The notes below the pieces were generated by a model. The model did not search any database and had not been told where the DNA came from. It was given only the letters and a program-made list of their open reading frames with translations. Shown here piece by piece: positions 51,217 through 64,000 of a DNA stretch of 64,000 nt. The DNA comes from Octopus sinensis (taxonomy: Eukaryota). The position numbers were made by a program, and so were the translations under genes. The first letter of the stretch is position 1; every line of letters starts with the position of its first letter. Where the stretch lies: the NCBI RefSeq assembly GCF_006345805.1, contig NC_043011.1, positions 24,316,464 through 24,380,463 of the forward strand, in the 5' to 3' direction.

Positions 51217-52321
51217 TCTATATTATACTAAAACTCAAAGTTTGTCTGTTTTCCTGCTATTTGATTAAGGTGATAAAGATTACAAATAAAATAGTTATTC
51301 CCCCCCTTTAAGAAAACAAAAAAATCAAATTGAAAATGTCGACACTTCAAAGAGTTGTCACATTATCGTTGTCCATCCTTTTTTCTTACTTTTTTTTTCT
51401 TCCCTTAATCATTTATACAACTTTCCAAGTGCTATGAACTTGAAAGATAGAAATTTTTTCTATACTTTCATGAAATATTTTTGAATCATGGATATTTTTT
51501 TTTCTTAAAGGGGAAAATTACTATTTTATTTAAAATAAAATATTAATCTTTATCATCTTAATTAAAAAGCAGAAAACCAGAGAGAGTGAGACTATCTTTT
51601 TATAGATGAAGATCAGTTGCAATGGGCGGAATTGAATCTCATAAGAATGGAAAAACAAACAACAAATGGGTTGTGCCTTGTAATGAAACTCTTTTAAGAG
51701 CATTCAAATGTCACTGCAATATTGAAATCGTTGCCTCAGTTAGGTCAATTGAGTACATCATCAAGTACACGCTGAAAGGAAATGACCAAGCTGCTGTTCA
51801 AATAAACAATGATAATGAAATTAGTCAGTATCTAATGGATAGCTATACCGGACCACCTGAAGCAATTACATCCATTTTAGGATTTTTAATTCATGAAAGA
51901 GCACTTGCAGTAGTGAGACTGCAAGTTCATCTACCAGATGAGCAAAGAATATTGCTCAGATATAATGAGGATATATATGGCTGTCAATGAACAACATTGA
52001 CAGAATTCTTTCCATTGTGCATCAATGATGACTTTCCAAAAACATTACTTTATGTTGAAGTACCCATGTATTTCACTTGGAACAGTAGTAACAAAGAATG
52101 GCATAGAAGAAAGCAAGGAAAAAAGTTGAAGGCCATTTGAACGTTTTCAAACAAGAAACACTTTATCTTGTTTATTTTGTCACACCAAAGGCAGGAGAAC
52201 TGTATTATTTAAGAATTTTATTGCATGAAGTTTAAAATAGTATTTTTTCCTTTCCTGCCATGCTTTGACGTTTTCAACATAGAGTGGTTGTCACCCAACG
52301 GGTCATAGCGGGTATGTCCAG
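51217..52321 (+). mobile_element. internally deleted Helitron with Rep/Hel fragment, nested in family G
   Basis: A^TCTATATTATACTAAAAC 5' end; ...GCGGGTATGTCCAG^T 3' end (CTAG degenerate); coding fragment 51622-52230. Confidence 0.8.
51622..52230 (+). pseudogene. Helitron Rep/Hel fragment
   Basis: NKWVVPCNETLLRAFKCHCNIEIVASVRSIEYIIKYTLKGND...EAITSILGFLIHER..AVVRLQVHLP; then TLTEFF, LLYVEVPMYFTW, GELYYLRILL. Confidence 0.88.
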
Positions 52322-53177
52322 TTTCATCCTAATTTTTTACTTTCATTTTTTTAAACTTTCATTTCTCATCTTGTTAATATTGACCCTTATATTTCATATA
52401 CAAAATATCTGCAAACCTTTCTCTAATTTCATTTTTTCTATCTCTATTATTTTTACTTCTAATATATAATTTTTCCATCTGTATCATACTATATATAACC
52501 TTCACTTCTACCACCATAATCCACTGTTTATTTACTAATATCTTGCTAAATATCCCTCTTCCCTTCTATAGTAAATTGTTATAATTTTATTACTTATTGT
52601 CTTCCATATGTCAATATTTCTAATCTTAACTACCTGCATTTGCATATATGTACTGTGCTGATGAAAGAAAAGTGAAGTAATTATGATATTCTTTGACCTG
52701 ATGAGCAAGCCTTTTTACCTGTATTAATTTATAAATTACACAATTGTATCATATAAATTATATTATATACATTAATATAAATTATATTATACACATTGAT
52801 ATATACATGAATATAAATGAAATTCATTAATATAAATTACATAATGATGTAATTTATATTATATGCATTAATGTGAAAACGAATGGCTCAGACCAGGCTG
52901 TGTATTGTGTTCTTGAGCAGGACACTTTGTTTCACATTGATCCAGTTAACTCAGCTGTAGAAATGAGCTAAGTCATCACTGGTGCCAAGCCTTTGCCTTT
53001 CCCTTGGATAACATCAGTGACATGGAGAAGATAGGCTGGTATGCATAAGCAACTGTTGGTCTTCCATAAACAACCTTGGGTGGACTTGTGCATGAACTTC
53101 CAACTTGTTGTCTCTTGAGGTCTCTGGGTGAGACTTGGAGCCAACTTGTACAAATGTAAAGCAAAAGTCAAACATAA

Positions 53178-53214
<37 letters not shown>

Positions 53215-53409
53215 CCATAGGAGTCAGGAAGACACTCGGCAAGAAATGGAAGCAAATTTGAAAGAAGAAGAAAAACCCATAAATAATAATAATAATAGTA
53301 ACATTAAAAGCCTTTACTGTAACTTATGATACTAGAGGGGATACTAAAAAAAAAAACCCTAAGAAAATTAAGAAATATCAGGAGAGAGTAAGAGAGAGAA
53401 AGAGATTAC

Positions 53410-53620
53410 AGAAGATTGTGGTAATTGGTACACTTGGCACAACACCCAAACTTTTACCTAAGAAGCTGAAGAATATTGGAATGGTGACTCACCTTGTCAT
53501 CAACCTGCAGGAAAGTGCAATCCTGTATTCTGCAAGAATCTTAAATGGGTTTCTCGAGATTTGAGAAGATTTGTTGTCACCAAACCTAAAGACAACATCC
53601 CTGCTAACCATAAAATAGCA
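53410..53620 (+). mobile_element. 3' end of an RLE-type (R4/NeSL-like) non-LTR retrotransposon
   Basis: KIVVIGTLGTTPKLLPKKLKNIGMVTHLVINLQESAILYSARILNGFLEI*, then a (TAA)n tail. Confidence 0.65.
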
Positions 53621-53659
53621 TGTAATAGTTTTAATAATAATAATAATAATAATAATAAT

Positions 53660-54095
53660 TATAATGATTTCAAATTTTGGCACAAAGCCAGCAGTTTCAG
53701 GGGAGGAGGTAAGTCATTTTATATTGACCTCAGTGCTCCCCTTGCAGTTATCTTATCGAGCCTGAAAGGATGAAAGGGAAAGTTGATTTCTGCAGAATTT
53801 GAGCTCAGAATACAAGGACAGATGAAATACCGCTAAGCATTTTACCTGGTATACTGATGATTCTGCCAGCTCATCACCATAGTAATAATAATCCTTTTTT
53901 ATTTTGTCACAAGGTCAGCGAATTTGAGTGATGGGGAAATCAATTACATTGACCCCCAGTGCTCAACTGGTACTGATTTTATTGACTCTAAAATGATGAA
54001 GGACAAAGTTGGCCTCAGTGTGATTTGAACTCAGAACAAAGAAATACCACGAAGCATTTTGTCCAATGCACTACCAATTCTGCCAGCTCATAATA
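53660..54095 (-). mobile_element. two SINE family C copies
   Basis: aaggatgaaagggaaagttgat and aaatgatgaaggacaaagttggcctc, reverse family C. Confidence 0.7.
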
Positions 54096-56794
54096 TTACA
54101 ATAGCAATTCAACTGTTATGATTTAACTACAAGAACAATGAGAAATAGCTACAAAAGTAAATATTTTTCTTTCTTCCATATCAATTTTTATTTGAAGTTT
54201 CTTATTCCTACCAATTTTGAAAGTTCCAATTTCTGAATGTTACACACAGTCATGGAAGAAAAGACATAATTTTAACCAAATACTTCTTCTGTGTTCTTTA
54301 TTCTATTTTGTCTGTCCATTTGTACTAGTATAGAAGCGCAAGACAGAAAGCTTTGAGCTCATGTCAATGGCCAATAACGTAAACTATTGATTATTTGCTA
54401 TAAGTGATATTACTTCACAAGGTCTACGGTCTTTGGACACTCGAATAAACAGTTGATAATGTGTGCAATTACATTTGTAACTGATTAAATAAATAAAATG
54501 AAAGGTCTTGTATGAAGAATCTCTTATTGACTGACATGAAATTTTGGCAGAGAATCAAAACCCACTGACATAGGGAATGTACACACTTCAAGGATATCTG
54601 ACTCCACTATGCAAACTATTTGACTTTGTTAAATCAATAGTTTCTATGGTGAAGGAATAAAAGTATCTTCAGATTTTGGAATCATCTCATAAACTCTAAT
54701 ATTTTCATTGAGAAATGTTCTAATTTTCTATTGTGAATTCAGGGATCAAGCTATAATTGGGATTTATTTAATAATGTCTCAAAAGCCTCACTTGGATTAA
54801 AATGAAATTGCTTAAAAGTCCTATTAATTAATAATAAGAAGTGCATCCAACTATAAGATAATCAGTTTGGTAATATATTCTTCAGTTCTCAACATGTTAT
54901 TGTAGTTGCATAGAACTGACACGGGGGACTGATAATTCATCTGTACATGTATGGACGTGTAAACATTAATGATACTTGATAACAATATCCTTACTTTCAA
55001 CTCGTGTCTGAAATTGATCAAATAATAAATTTTATGGTCATTTTATATTTAAAGTTCTGAAATTACTTTCAAAGTAAATTTGACCTTATGGTTCATAAGA
55101 GAGGCATAACGTCTGACAATATATCATGCTTATTATGGAATTGTCAGCCTTTTATTGTCTCCCCAAATATAGCACATATTTTTGCTTACTTCAGTCATGC
55201 TGGAAAATGTGTACCAGTTCATTGTAAAGGGATTGGTAATAAAAGCAGTATCCAATCTACTCACAAAATTTCATTATATATTTCTATATTTAAGATTTGC
55301 ATCAATAACATCTTTAATTACTTTCCCCCTCATGTTCTAAACAAAATTTAAATCACTTTTATCATTTTTCTTCTTGCTTTTAATCTTTTCAAACCTAAAT
55401 ATGAGGATTATGATAGAAATATTCTGCTATATGCTTAATTCCACTATAAATAACATTATGAAGTTTGAGAGGAGATAAAATAAGACTAAATCAATGAGTT
55501 TTTTTCTTTTTTAATGAATTTTCTCTTGTTGTTGTAGCGCTGATAAAATTTTTGATGCTGTATAATAGATTTAAACTTCAAATAAGCCAAAATCTGAGAA
55601 TCTGAGGAAACTGGTGATAGTATGCATTGGAAAAAGTTAATCTCTAAAATTCATTTTAAAAAATAGATTACAATGATCTACTGAGAAGAACAAAAACTTC
55701 AAAGATTAGAACATTTGTTCTTTTTTGGAAAGAAAGAATCAAGGTTAACACCTTCATCTCCTTTCTACAACTGAGGATTCACCTCTGTTCATTCTGGAAA
55801 AGATTAAATGTACAAGACTTTGGGTTTTCCATCTCACTGTAATTCATTTCATTTTTCTATAAGCTTGGAATGATTCACCTTTAATAAGGAACCCCACAGT
55901 GTCTTTATCATTTGTCTTTTGTTTTTTTTTTTATCTTTTACTTGATTCAGTCATTGGACTTCAGCCATGCTGGGGCACTGCCTTGATTGGTTTAGTCAAA
56001 CAAATTGACAAAAGTACTTATTTTTTTAAGCCTGCCAATTATTCATTCAGTCTGTTTTGCTGAACCACTAAGTTTCAGGGATGTAAACAAACTAACAATG
56101 GTTGTCAAGCAGGGGGAGGGGGCAAAATCATACACATAGACACAGAGTATCCTGAAATTAAGGTAACTGAAGTTTCAGGCTTTAATAACTATCAATAAAT
56201 GTGATAAGATATGAAAATAATACAACATTGTAAAAGTTTAGTGTCTTTTTTTTTGTTTCAGACTAAATAAATTCAAATTTATAAATTAGATAATGGCTAT
56301 AGACTGAGATACAACCATAGCCATCCAAAGGAGGTGAGAATAAAATAGCTATAGCAAAAAAGTTAAAATTAACCAAACAACAGTCTGAAAAATTGTCAAG
56401 AAATTTCAAGAGACTGGTTCCACTGCTGATCCATCTGGACGTGGCTGAAAGAAGTGTGCAGACCCCTCAGCACATCAAAAGTACCAGAGAAATGATATGA
56501 TGAAATCCTTGCCATTCCATCAGAAAACTGGCTGTATATTGGCAATCTATAGGGTCATCTGATTCTGAGGAGAGCAGTTTCTTTCAAATTGATGTAATAT
56601 TTTCAATTGATCGATTAAATGGAGCCACTTGAAATGGCTGTAATGCATTGATACCTGGACATCCTTGCTACTTATTTGCTTTTTATTCACCTAACTTTGA
56701 GCTGTGCTGTCTATACTGAACTGGTTTAGTGTTTCAATTTAAGTACCTAATTCAACTGAATCTTAATTATTTTATATATACATATATAAGTCTA

Positions 56795-56877
<83 letters not shown>

Positions 56878-57109
56878 ATATATATATAAACACCCACATA
56901 AAATGGGCTTCTTTTAGTTTCTCTCTACCAAATCCACACACAAGGCTTTAGTCAGGCCAAGGTTAGAGTAGAAAACATTTGTCCAAGGTGCCATGCAGTG
57001 GGACTGAACCTGAAACTATTTAAGATGAACACCCCTACCTCGAAAAAATGTCTATTCATGATTTTATTCAATTTCACAATAATAATTTATAAACATCTAC
57101 GGATTTAGG

Positions 57110-57725
57110 CAGAGTCATGGCACTATATGGTTAAGAAGCTTGATTCCCAACCATGTTGTCTTAGGTTCAGTCCCTCTGTATGGCCCCTTGGCAAGTGTTT
57201 CTTTTTACTATAACCCCAAACAGACCAAAGCCATATGAGTGGATTTGGTAGGGGGAGACTGAGAAAAGCCCATTGTATGTATATATATATATATATTTCT
57301 ATTCTTTTATTTTTTTACTTGTTTCAGCCAGTTGACAGCGGCCATGTTGGAGAACCACCTTAAAGGGGTTTCTGCTCAAAGAAATTGCCCCACAACCTAT
57401 TCTTTGTAAGCCTAGTACTAATTTTATTGGTCCTTTTTGCCAAACTGGTAAGTTATGGGGATGTAAACACTCCAACATCGGTTGTCAAGCAGTGATGGGG
57501 GGACAAACGAAAGCACAAAGACACACACATACACAAATACACAAATATATGTATATATATATATACGACAGTCTTCTTTCACTTTCCATCTCCCAAATCC
57601 GTGCACAAGGCTTTGGTCGGCCTGAGACTATAATAGAAGACACTTGCCCAAGGTGCCACACAGTGGTACTGAACTCAGAACCATGTGTTTGAGAAGCAAG
57701 CTTCTTACCACACAGCCACATCTGT
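57110..57725. mobile_element. SINE A 5' part (+, 57110-57280) and SINE A (-, 57300-57725)
   Basis: Family A motifs in opposite orientations. Confidence 0.8.
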
Positions 57726-58203
57726 GCCTATATGTATAATAATTTTAAACTTGGGTATACACCTTGTATACTGTTTAAAGGCCATTCACAGTATTCGTCT
57801 ATGTGATGTCATCAACAGTATGTAGGTATATGCCACTGGGTTTACTTCAAGAATTCCTTGATGTCTGTAGAATTTATAAAATATAGGAGAAAGAAAATGG
57901 AATTCATGAAACTCTTTGTGCATGATGGGTCAAAACAATTGTAGTGAATAATGAAGAGTCTTATGAATTTCATTTTCTTTCTCTCATATTTTATATATAT
58001 ATATATATGTAAAAGTAAAAAAAATATACAAACTGGGACAAGAACGTGAAACATTTAGAAGACGACAAAAAAAACACAATATATATATATATATATATAT
58101 TATAATAATAATATGAGGGAATATTATTCCAAACTTACAGGGAAAAATTCAATTTAGAAATACTAAATCAAATTTCACAAAATATAACATATATATATAT
58201 ATA

Positions 58204-58470
58204 TAAATTAGAAAAAAAACACCTTTCATCAATTCAATAATGAAAAAATTAAATTATACCATTTAGAAAAATTACATCTTATAGAAAGATTAAATATAAG
58301 ATAAAACATATACCAATGATTAAGTAATGTGCAAAATAATAAATAAAACGTATATATTTGGTATATTTCATCTTATATTTAATCTTTCTATAAGATGTAA
58401 TTTTTCTAAATGGTATAATTTAATTTTTTCATTATTGAATTGATAAAATGATAAAAGGTGTTTTTTTCTA

Positions 58471-58475
<5 letters not shown>
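58204..58475. repeat. AT-rich fold-back, arms about 112 bp, spacer about 42 bp
   Basis: taaattagaaaaaaaacacctt...tataccaa and reverse complement ttggtata...ttctaattta. Confidence 0.88.
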
Positions 58476-58510
<35 letters not shown>

Positions 58511-58512
<2 letters not shown>

Positions 58513-59061
58513 TGCTATATTAATAAAAGCAAAATTCTGTCTGTCTGGCTGGGACCCTTGTATCTCAGTCTACATTAGCTCTACATAAATATTTCAAATG
58601 TTTTTCGAATCAGGGCGATCCTGGGATTGAAAATCTGTCCTTCATTTGGTCCTTGAACATCCAGCGTTGGGATCTGATTTAAAAGCATTTTGAGTAGCTA
58701 TTTCTAGCAGGTAAAGTTTGGCTGATTTACACCATCTTTATTGGCCTTAGTCAGATGTTGTCAGAGTTCAAGCGGGAGATAAATGACATTCTCTTCATTA
58801 ATTTTACATCAACATAAGAACTTTGGGACAAATCGGGCAACAGTTGGAATTTAACTCGGGACTGGAACAATAGAATGATTGCATTACGGAATTAATTCTC
58901 ACCCATCCTTAACCTCTGATCAAACACTACCAGGGCACATAGTCATTATAGACATAATATAATCATGCTATTTAGCTCTCTTTAGTTTTGGGCCACAGGC
59001 CCAATTAGCCCTGAGCACAAACTAGCTTAAAAGTCCACACTGAGTGCAACTTTTAAGCTAG
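58511..59061 (+). mobile_element. non-autonomous Helitron-like element
   Basis: 5' ...CTATATTAATAAAAGCAAAATTCTGTCTGTCTG; 3' ...AAGCTAG^T. Confidence 0.5.
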
Positions 59062-59809
59062 TATATTTATATATCTGTATGTGTGTGTTTCTCTCCAACT
59101 ACTGCTTGATTAGCAGTATTGGTTTGTTTATGTCCTTGAACCTAGTGGTTCAGCAAAAGTGACTGATAGTATAAATATCAGAGTTACAAATAAGTACTGG
59201 GGTCAATTTCTTCAACTAAGCACTTTGAGGTAGTGCCTTTGAGGTATGGCTGCAGTCTAATGATTGAAACAAGCAGAAAATAAATGTTAAACTCTAAATC
59301 GATCAGAAATATAAATAATGAATTTATATATATTTTATTTATAACAATAAGATTAAAGAAATTTTCTGTTTTTCACAATTAACTTTAATTATTTGTGACC
59401 TCAAAAATAATCATCACTCATTTCTGACAGCTAGTATAATTGACACAATAAACTCTTTTACTAATCTTTTTCTTGTACTTACTAATTTTGAGGTTAAATA
59501 TATGCTCAGTTTCAATCTCAAAGCGTTCTTTAGTCATGAAACAACTATCTTTTTTTCTGTTTCGTTTTTGGGTTTGGTTTGCAAGATTCTTTATGTGAGT
59601 TCGTGTGTTGAAGCATATTCTGTTGTCTGGGGAGAATCATTTTCTTTTTGTGCCTTATAATTTAACACACTCACTGGTAAAATTTCCACTTCTTTCTTTT
59701 TTTCTTTTTTCTGCTGCCTAACATAAAAGAAAACAGGCTCAGACATAGATTATATAAGTCATAAATAATTTTCCAATTCTATGATTATAATGCCAGCTGG
59801 TTTTATTCT

Positions 59810-60012
59810 TTTACTTGCTTCAGTCAGCTGACTGTGGCCATGCTGGAGCACCACCTTGAAGGATTTTCTAGTTGAGAAAATCAATCTCAGTACTTTTTTA
59901 TAGCCTAGTACTTATTTTATCAATCGCTTTTGCCAAACTGCTAAGTTATGGGACTAAACACATCAACACCAGTTGTCAAACACTGATACAAAGACACACA
60001 TAGATATATACA

Positions 60013-60078
<66 letters not shown>

Positions 60079-60235
60079 ATAGGCTTCTTTTCAGTTTCTG
60101 TCTACCAAATTCACTCACAAGGCTTTGGTTGGCCTGAGGTTATAGTAGAAGACACTTCTTCAAAGTACCATGTAGTAGGACTGAACCTGCAACCATGTGG
60201 TTGGTCAGCAAGCTTCCTACCACACAGCCACATCG
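59810..60235 (-). mobile_element. SINE family A
   Basis: Family A blocks in reverse; another copy at 60860-61110. Confidence 0.85.
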
Positions 60236-60520
60236 GCTTACTCCTGGGTTAGCACTGGTGAAAAAGACCTTATCAAAGGCATCTCAGCTGTAATCAGCCA
60301 GTGCCCTTTCTATTTTATATCTTTTGTCTGTCTTTTATTTGTTTCAGACATTGGACTGAGACATGTTTGGTCTCCATCTTAAATGGTTTAGTTGAATAAA
60401 TCAACCCTAGTAATGATTTTTCGTTTGATACTTATCTTATCAGTCCCTTTTACTGAACCACTAAGTTACAGGAACATGAACTTATAGGTAGTGGGTAGCA
60501 ATTTTCTTCACTCCTTCAGG

Positions 60521-60810
60521 GAGTGACGACCCTGCCTGACACGAGTCAGCTGGCTCCGGCTGACAGTACCTGGTATGGGCCCCTGTCCAGGATTACGGAT
60601 AGGGGACAACCTTCAAAGAAATCCGGAGTGGAGCTCGACACTCTTCCGGCAGCTCCTACAACCAAGCTGGTGCCAAACATAATGCTCTGCACTCCTTTGG
60701 ACTATGTCAGCAAGGTCGAGAGAGGACTCCTGACGATTGAGCTACCCAGGATTTTCTTGCATCTAGCCCAGGCCTGCACAAAACTGGAGAGGAAACTGGA
60801 GAAGACATGA
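60521..60810 (+). other. unexplained GC-rich open frame of about 96 codons
   Basis: Much richer in GC and CpG than its flanks; preceded by acceptor-like ttttcttcactccttcAG; no recognisable domain. Confidence 0.25.
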
Positions 60811-62210
60811 AATGTAAAAACCAGACTCCATTGTCTCCCGAGACAAAAGAATGCCAACAACAACAAGTTACAGGGACATAAACAAGTCAACATCAGTTAT
60901 CAAGTGGTGGTGGAAAAAACACAAACGTATACACACATGCATAGACACACACACACCCATGACAGGCTTTCAGGCAGTTCTTATCTACCAAGTTCACTCA
61001 CAAGGTATTGGTTGGCCTAGGGCTATAGAAGAAGACACTCACCCAAGACGCCAAGGAGTGGGACTGAACCCAAAACCATGTTATTACAAGCAAGCTTCTT
61101 AACCACATGCCCTGTTTGTGTGTGTGTGTGTGTTTTTTTGTTTTTTTTTACCAGACTATTGTATCTAGGACTACATCACTGTACAATGTGTCCTTCCTTT
61201 TTAAAAAGGATAAGATGTGACACAAGGGAGATTTTGCTGCTAACATGTCAAACAACTGTGCAGATGCTGAAAATTTTGCAAGTTTCAGGTATTTTGTTAC
61301 ACTGTGAAAGACATTCAATAAGCTCTTTGCTTTTGTTGGATGTTGGTGATCGGATAACACTAGACGGGAATGAACTAATGATATGAAGTGTAACCAAGCT
61401 GATGATACTTTATCTAAATAACATGAATACATTTGACATATAAAATCGAAATCTTATTAACCTTACTTACCCGGATTTCCAAGTGACAAAGTTACTTTAG
61501 AATAAAGATATAGTATTTGTTGAGCTTTCCTCTGGTAGCATTACAGCTTCTTGTTGTTATTGTGGTTGTCGTTATTATTGTTGTTGTTGCACTTGTTGCT
61601 GCTGCTGTTGTAGTAGTAGTAGTTGTTGTTGTTGTTCTTGTTGTTATTTCAGTTGTTTCTATTGAACTCGTCATAATGTAATTTTGATTTGCATTGTTGC
61701 TCCAAGATAAAGAACTTTGCATTTGAGCTTAAGCTTCAAAATAACAAGCAAGTTCATGGAAGCATTTGATAAGTTCAGTTGCTGTCCTCACAATAATTGA
61801 ACTTAGTGAACTCTATACAGTTCATCATCAGTTTACTTAAATTCTGGAGTTTATTCTTTCAAATAATAATAGTTCAACCAACAAAAATTTTTTTAGCATC
61901 ATATTGTATGAAAAGGAGTGGAGAAAGCATGTAATGCCCATGAGTACTGCTTCTTTGACCTAACAAGTCAACATCCAGTCTCTTGCCAAAGTTTATTTCA
62001 GTGTGTCATAGAAAAGATGATGTTATTGTTTGGAACATTTTAGCTTAGATCTGTATGATAGTTGGAAATTTAGCTATGAATACAATAAAAAAAAGTGGTT
62101 TGAGAATACTTCCTTGTAGCATACCAGAAGCATATGACATGAGGGATACTAACTTGTATATAGCTGTCTGTTGCCAGCTTGCTTGCCTGCTTGCCTGCCT
62201 ATCCATCTAC

Positions 62211-62263
<53 letters not shown>

Positions 62264-62286
62264 ATCTCTCTATCTCCATGCTGATA

Positions 62287-62338
<52 letters not shown>

Positions 62339-62354
62339 ATATATATATTACGTA

Positions 62355-62582
62355 GGTAAAATAAGGGTAAAGCTCATAAGAGCAGGTTTCATGGCATATA
62401 CATTCTCCACCTGGATGGGATGCCAGTCTGTCACAGGATTATTTATTTTTGCCAGCTGAGTGTATGAACATAAAGTGAAGTGTTCTGCTCAAGAACATAG
62501 CATAACACATTGCCCAGTCCAGGAATCGAAACCACAATCTTATGATCATGAGTCCAGAACTCTAACCATTAAGCCACATGAC
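62355..62582 (-). mobile_element. tRNA-derived SINE related to family B
   Basis: Reverse A box TGGCTTAATGG, B box GGTTTCGATTCC, gactggcatcccatccagg block. Confidence 0.7.
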
Positions 62583-62726
62583 TCATATATATATAATATA
62601 TATAATATATATGTATTATATATATATATATATATATATATATCATCATCATCATCGTTTAACGTCCGTTCTCCATGCTAATCATCATCATCATTTAGCG
62701 TCCGTTTTCCATGCTAGCATATATAT

Positions 62727-63325
62727 AATCATATCAAAAGGGAAATGGAATTTAATTAAATTTAAAATATTCAATAAAAATTTACATTTCCAGTGGTCTA
62801 ACGTGTAAAAAATTCATCAAGAAGACTATATATTAGTTATACGATAGTCTATATTTATACACATAAGGAATCCACACTTAGGGTGAAATTCAACACATAG
62901 AACCACATTGAATATTTTAAATTTAATTAAATTCCATTTCCCTTTTGATATGATTAAACATTATAACTTTTTGGATAATTTTCGGTTAAAGTTGGCGGTT
63001 TATTGTAGCTAACAATAGGACTGCGATTGTGCAGAAAAATTTGAAAAGTTACTTCATATAAACAGTAGACAGATAGCAGTCCTTGTCTTCTGTCTTATAT
63101 GTTTTAACCCCAGGTTGGTCCTCGACGATGAAGATAAGACCTTGTGAGTTCTCCTGACTTGCTAAAAGAAGATCAGAAACCAATTTTGGTCCAGGGTATT
63201 AAATGGTAAATGTTTTACATTTCCAAATTTTGTTCCTGTCGAATCTTATCCGTTATTTTTGTGGTTCTATGTGTTGAATTTCACCCTAAGTGTGGATTCC
63301 TTATGTGTATAAATATACACTATCG

Positions 63326-63326
<1 letters not shown>
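62727..63326. mobile_element. interleaved inverted repeats A-B-A'-B'
   Basis: A 62727-62775 / A' 62907-62955 (49 bp, perfect); B 62841-62906 / B' 63261-63326 (66 bp, 1 mismatch). Confidence 0.88.
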
Positions 63327-63363
<37 letters not shown>

Positions 63364-64000
63364 ATATATATATATATAGTGATATCAAATGCATTTATGT
63401 GATAAAAGCTTTGTTGGAATCTATGAAAATTATTGAAAGGAATGGAATACTTTAAAATTTATAAGACATTGACCCTAAAGTATGTTTATCTGTTCTTCAC
63501 AATGATCCAGTTGCCCTGTTCTCTGATCATTTTTAGACACCTTAGTTTTACACTCACACTCATACACAATACACACACATAGACATGCATACACATACAT
63601 ACATGCATATATACATACATCCAGGCATACATACATACATACCAGGCATGTGCCATCAGTAATTACTCAGGGTAGGCAGTTGGTGACCTTTATGTAGTAA
63701 AGCACACAAAAAATAAGCAAAACACAAGCACACGACTGACTGACGGCAGATTTACTTCTGCTTTTATAGCACGTAAAGAAAACATTGTTGTAGGAATATG
63801 CACAGCATGTGTTGTACAGCAGTACTACGCATAGCTTAAATATTGAGATTGAAAGGCAGGGGTGAATTATGCCTACCTAATCTACAAAAAATAAAATATT
63901 TTGCATTTTATGCATAGTAATTAGAATAATCTTCATAATTTTATTGAATTGGGTGCCTATTTTGCAATAAAAGGAAAATGTTGCTATCGATCTATTTTAT

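Noticed and set aside
61790-61835. CTGATGA-TGAACT/AGTTCA hairpin on the minus strand
   Set aside because: GAAA is absent and stem I is unsupported; it may be a remnant but cannot be supported.

Overview
AT-rich, CpG-poor, microsatellite-dense animal DNA. The repeat families (tRNA-derived SINEs with internal (TA)n/(CA)n, RTE tails ending in (GAT)n) look like those of Octopus; this species call is inference. I found no confident host protein-coding gene. The recognisable coding remnants all belong to transposons: Penelope-like GIY-YIG, RTE, Tx1/L1, an RLE-type LINE, DD37D maT, mariner and Helitron Rep/Hel. Most ORF-track entries are microsatellite artefacts. The main signal is a dense set of hammerhead ribozyme (HHR) motifs, about a dozen intact or decayed, from several unrelated repeat families. 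Many lie in the outward-facing arms of long fold-back (inverted-repeat) elements. One near-canonical HHR (49022-49073, minus) sits in a 339-nt unit with terminal redundancy, a retrozyme-like layout. The window therefore suggests a large, diverse population of Penelope-mobilised, ribozyme-bearing hairpin elements. All folding was done by eye and no activity was tested.
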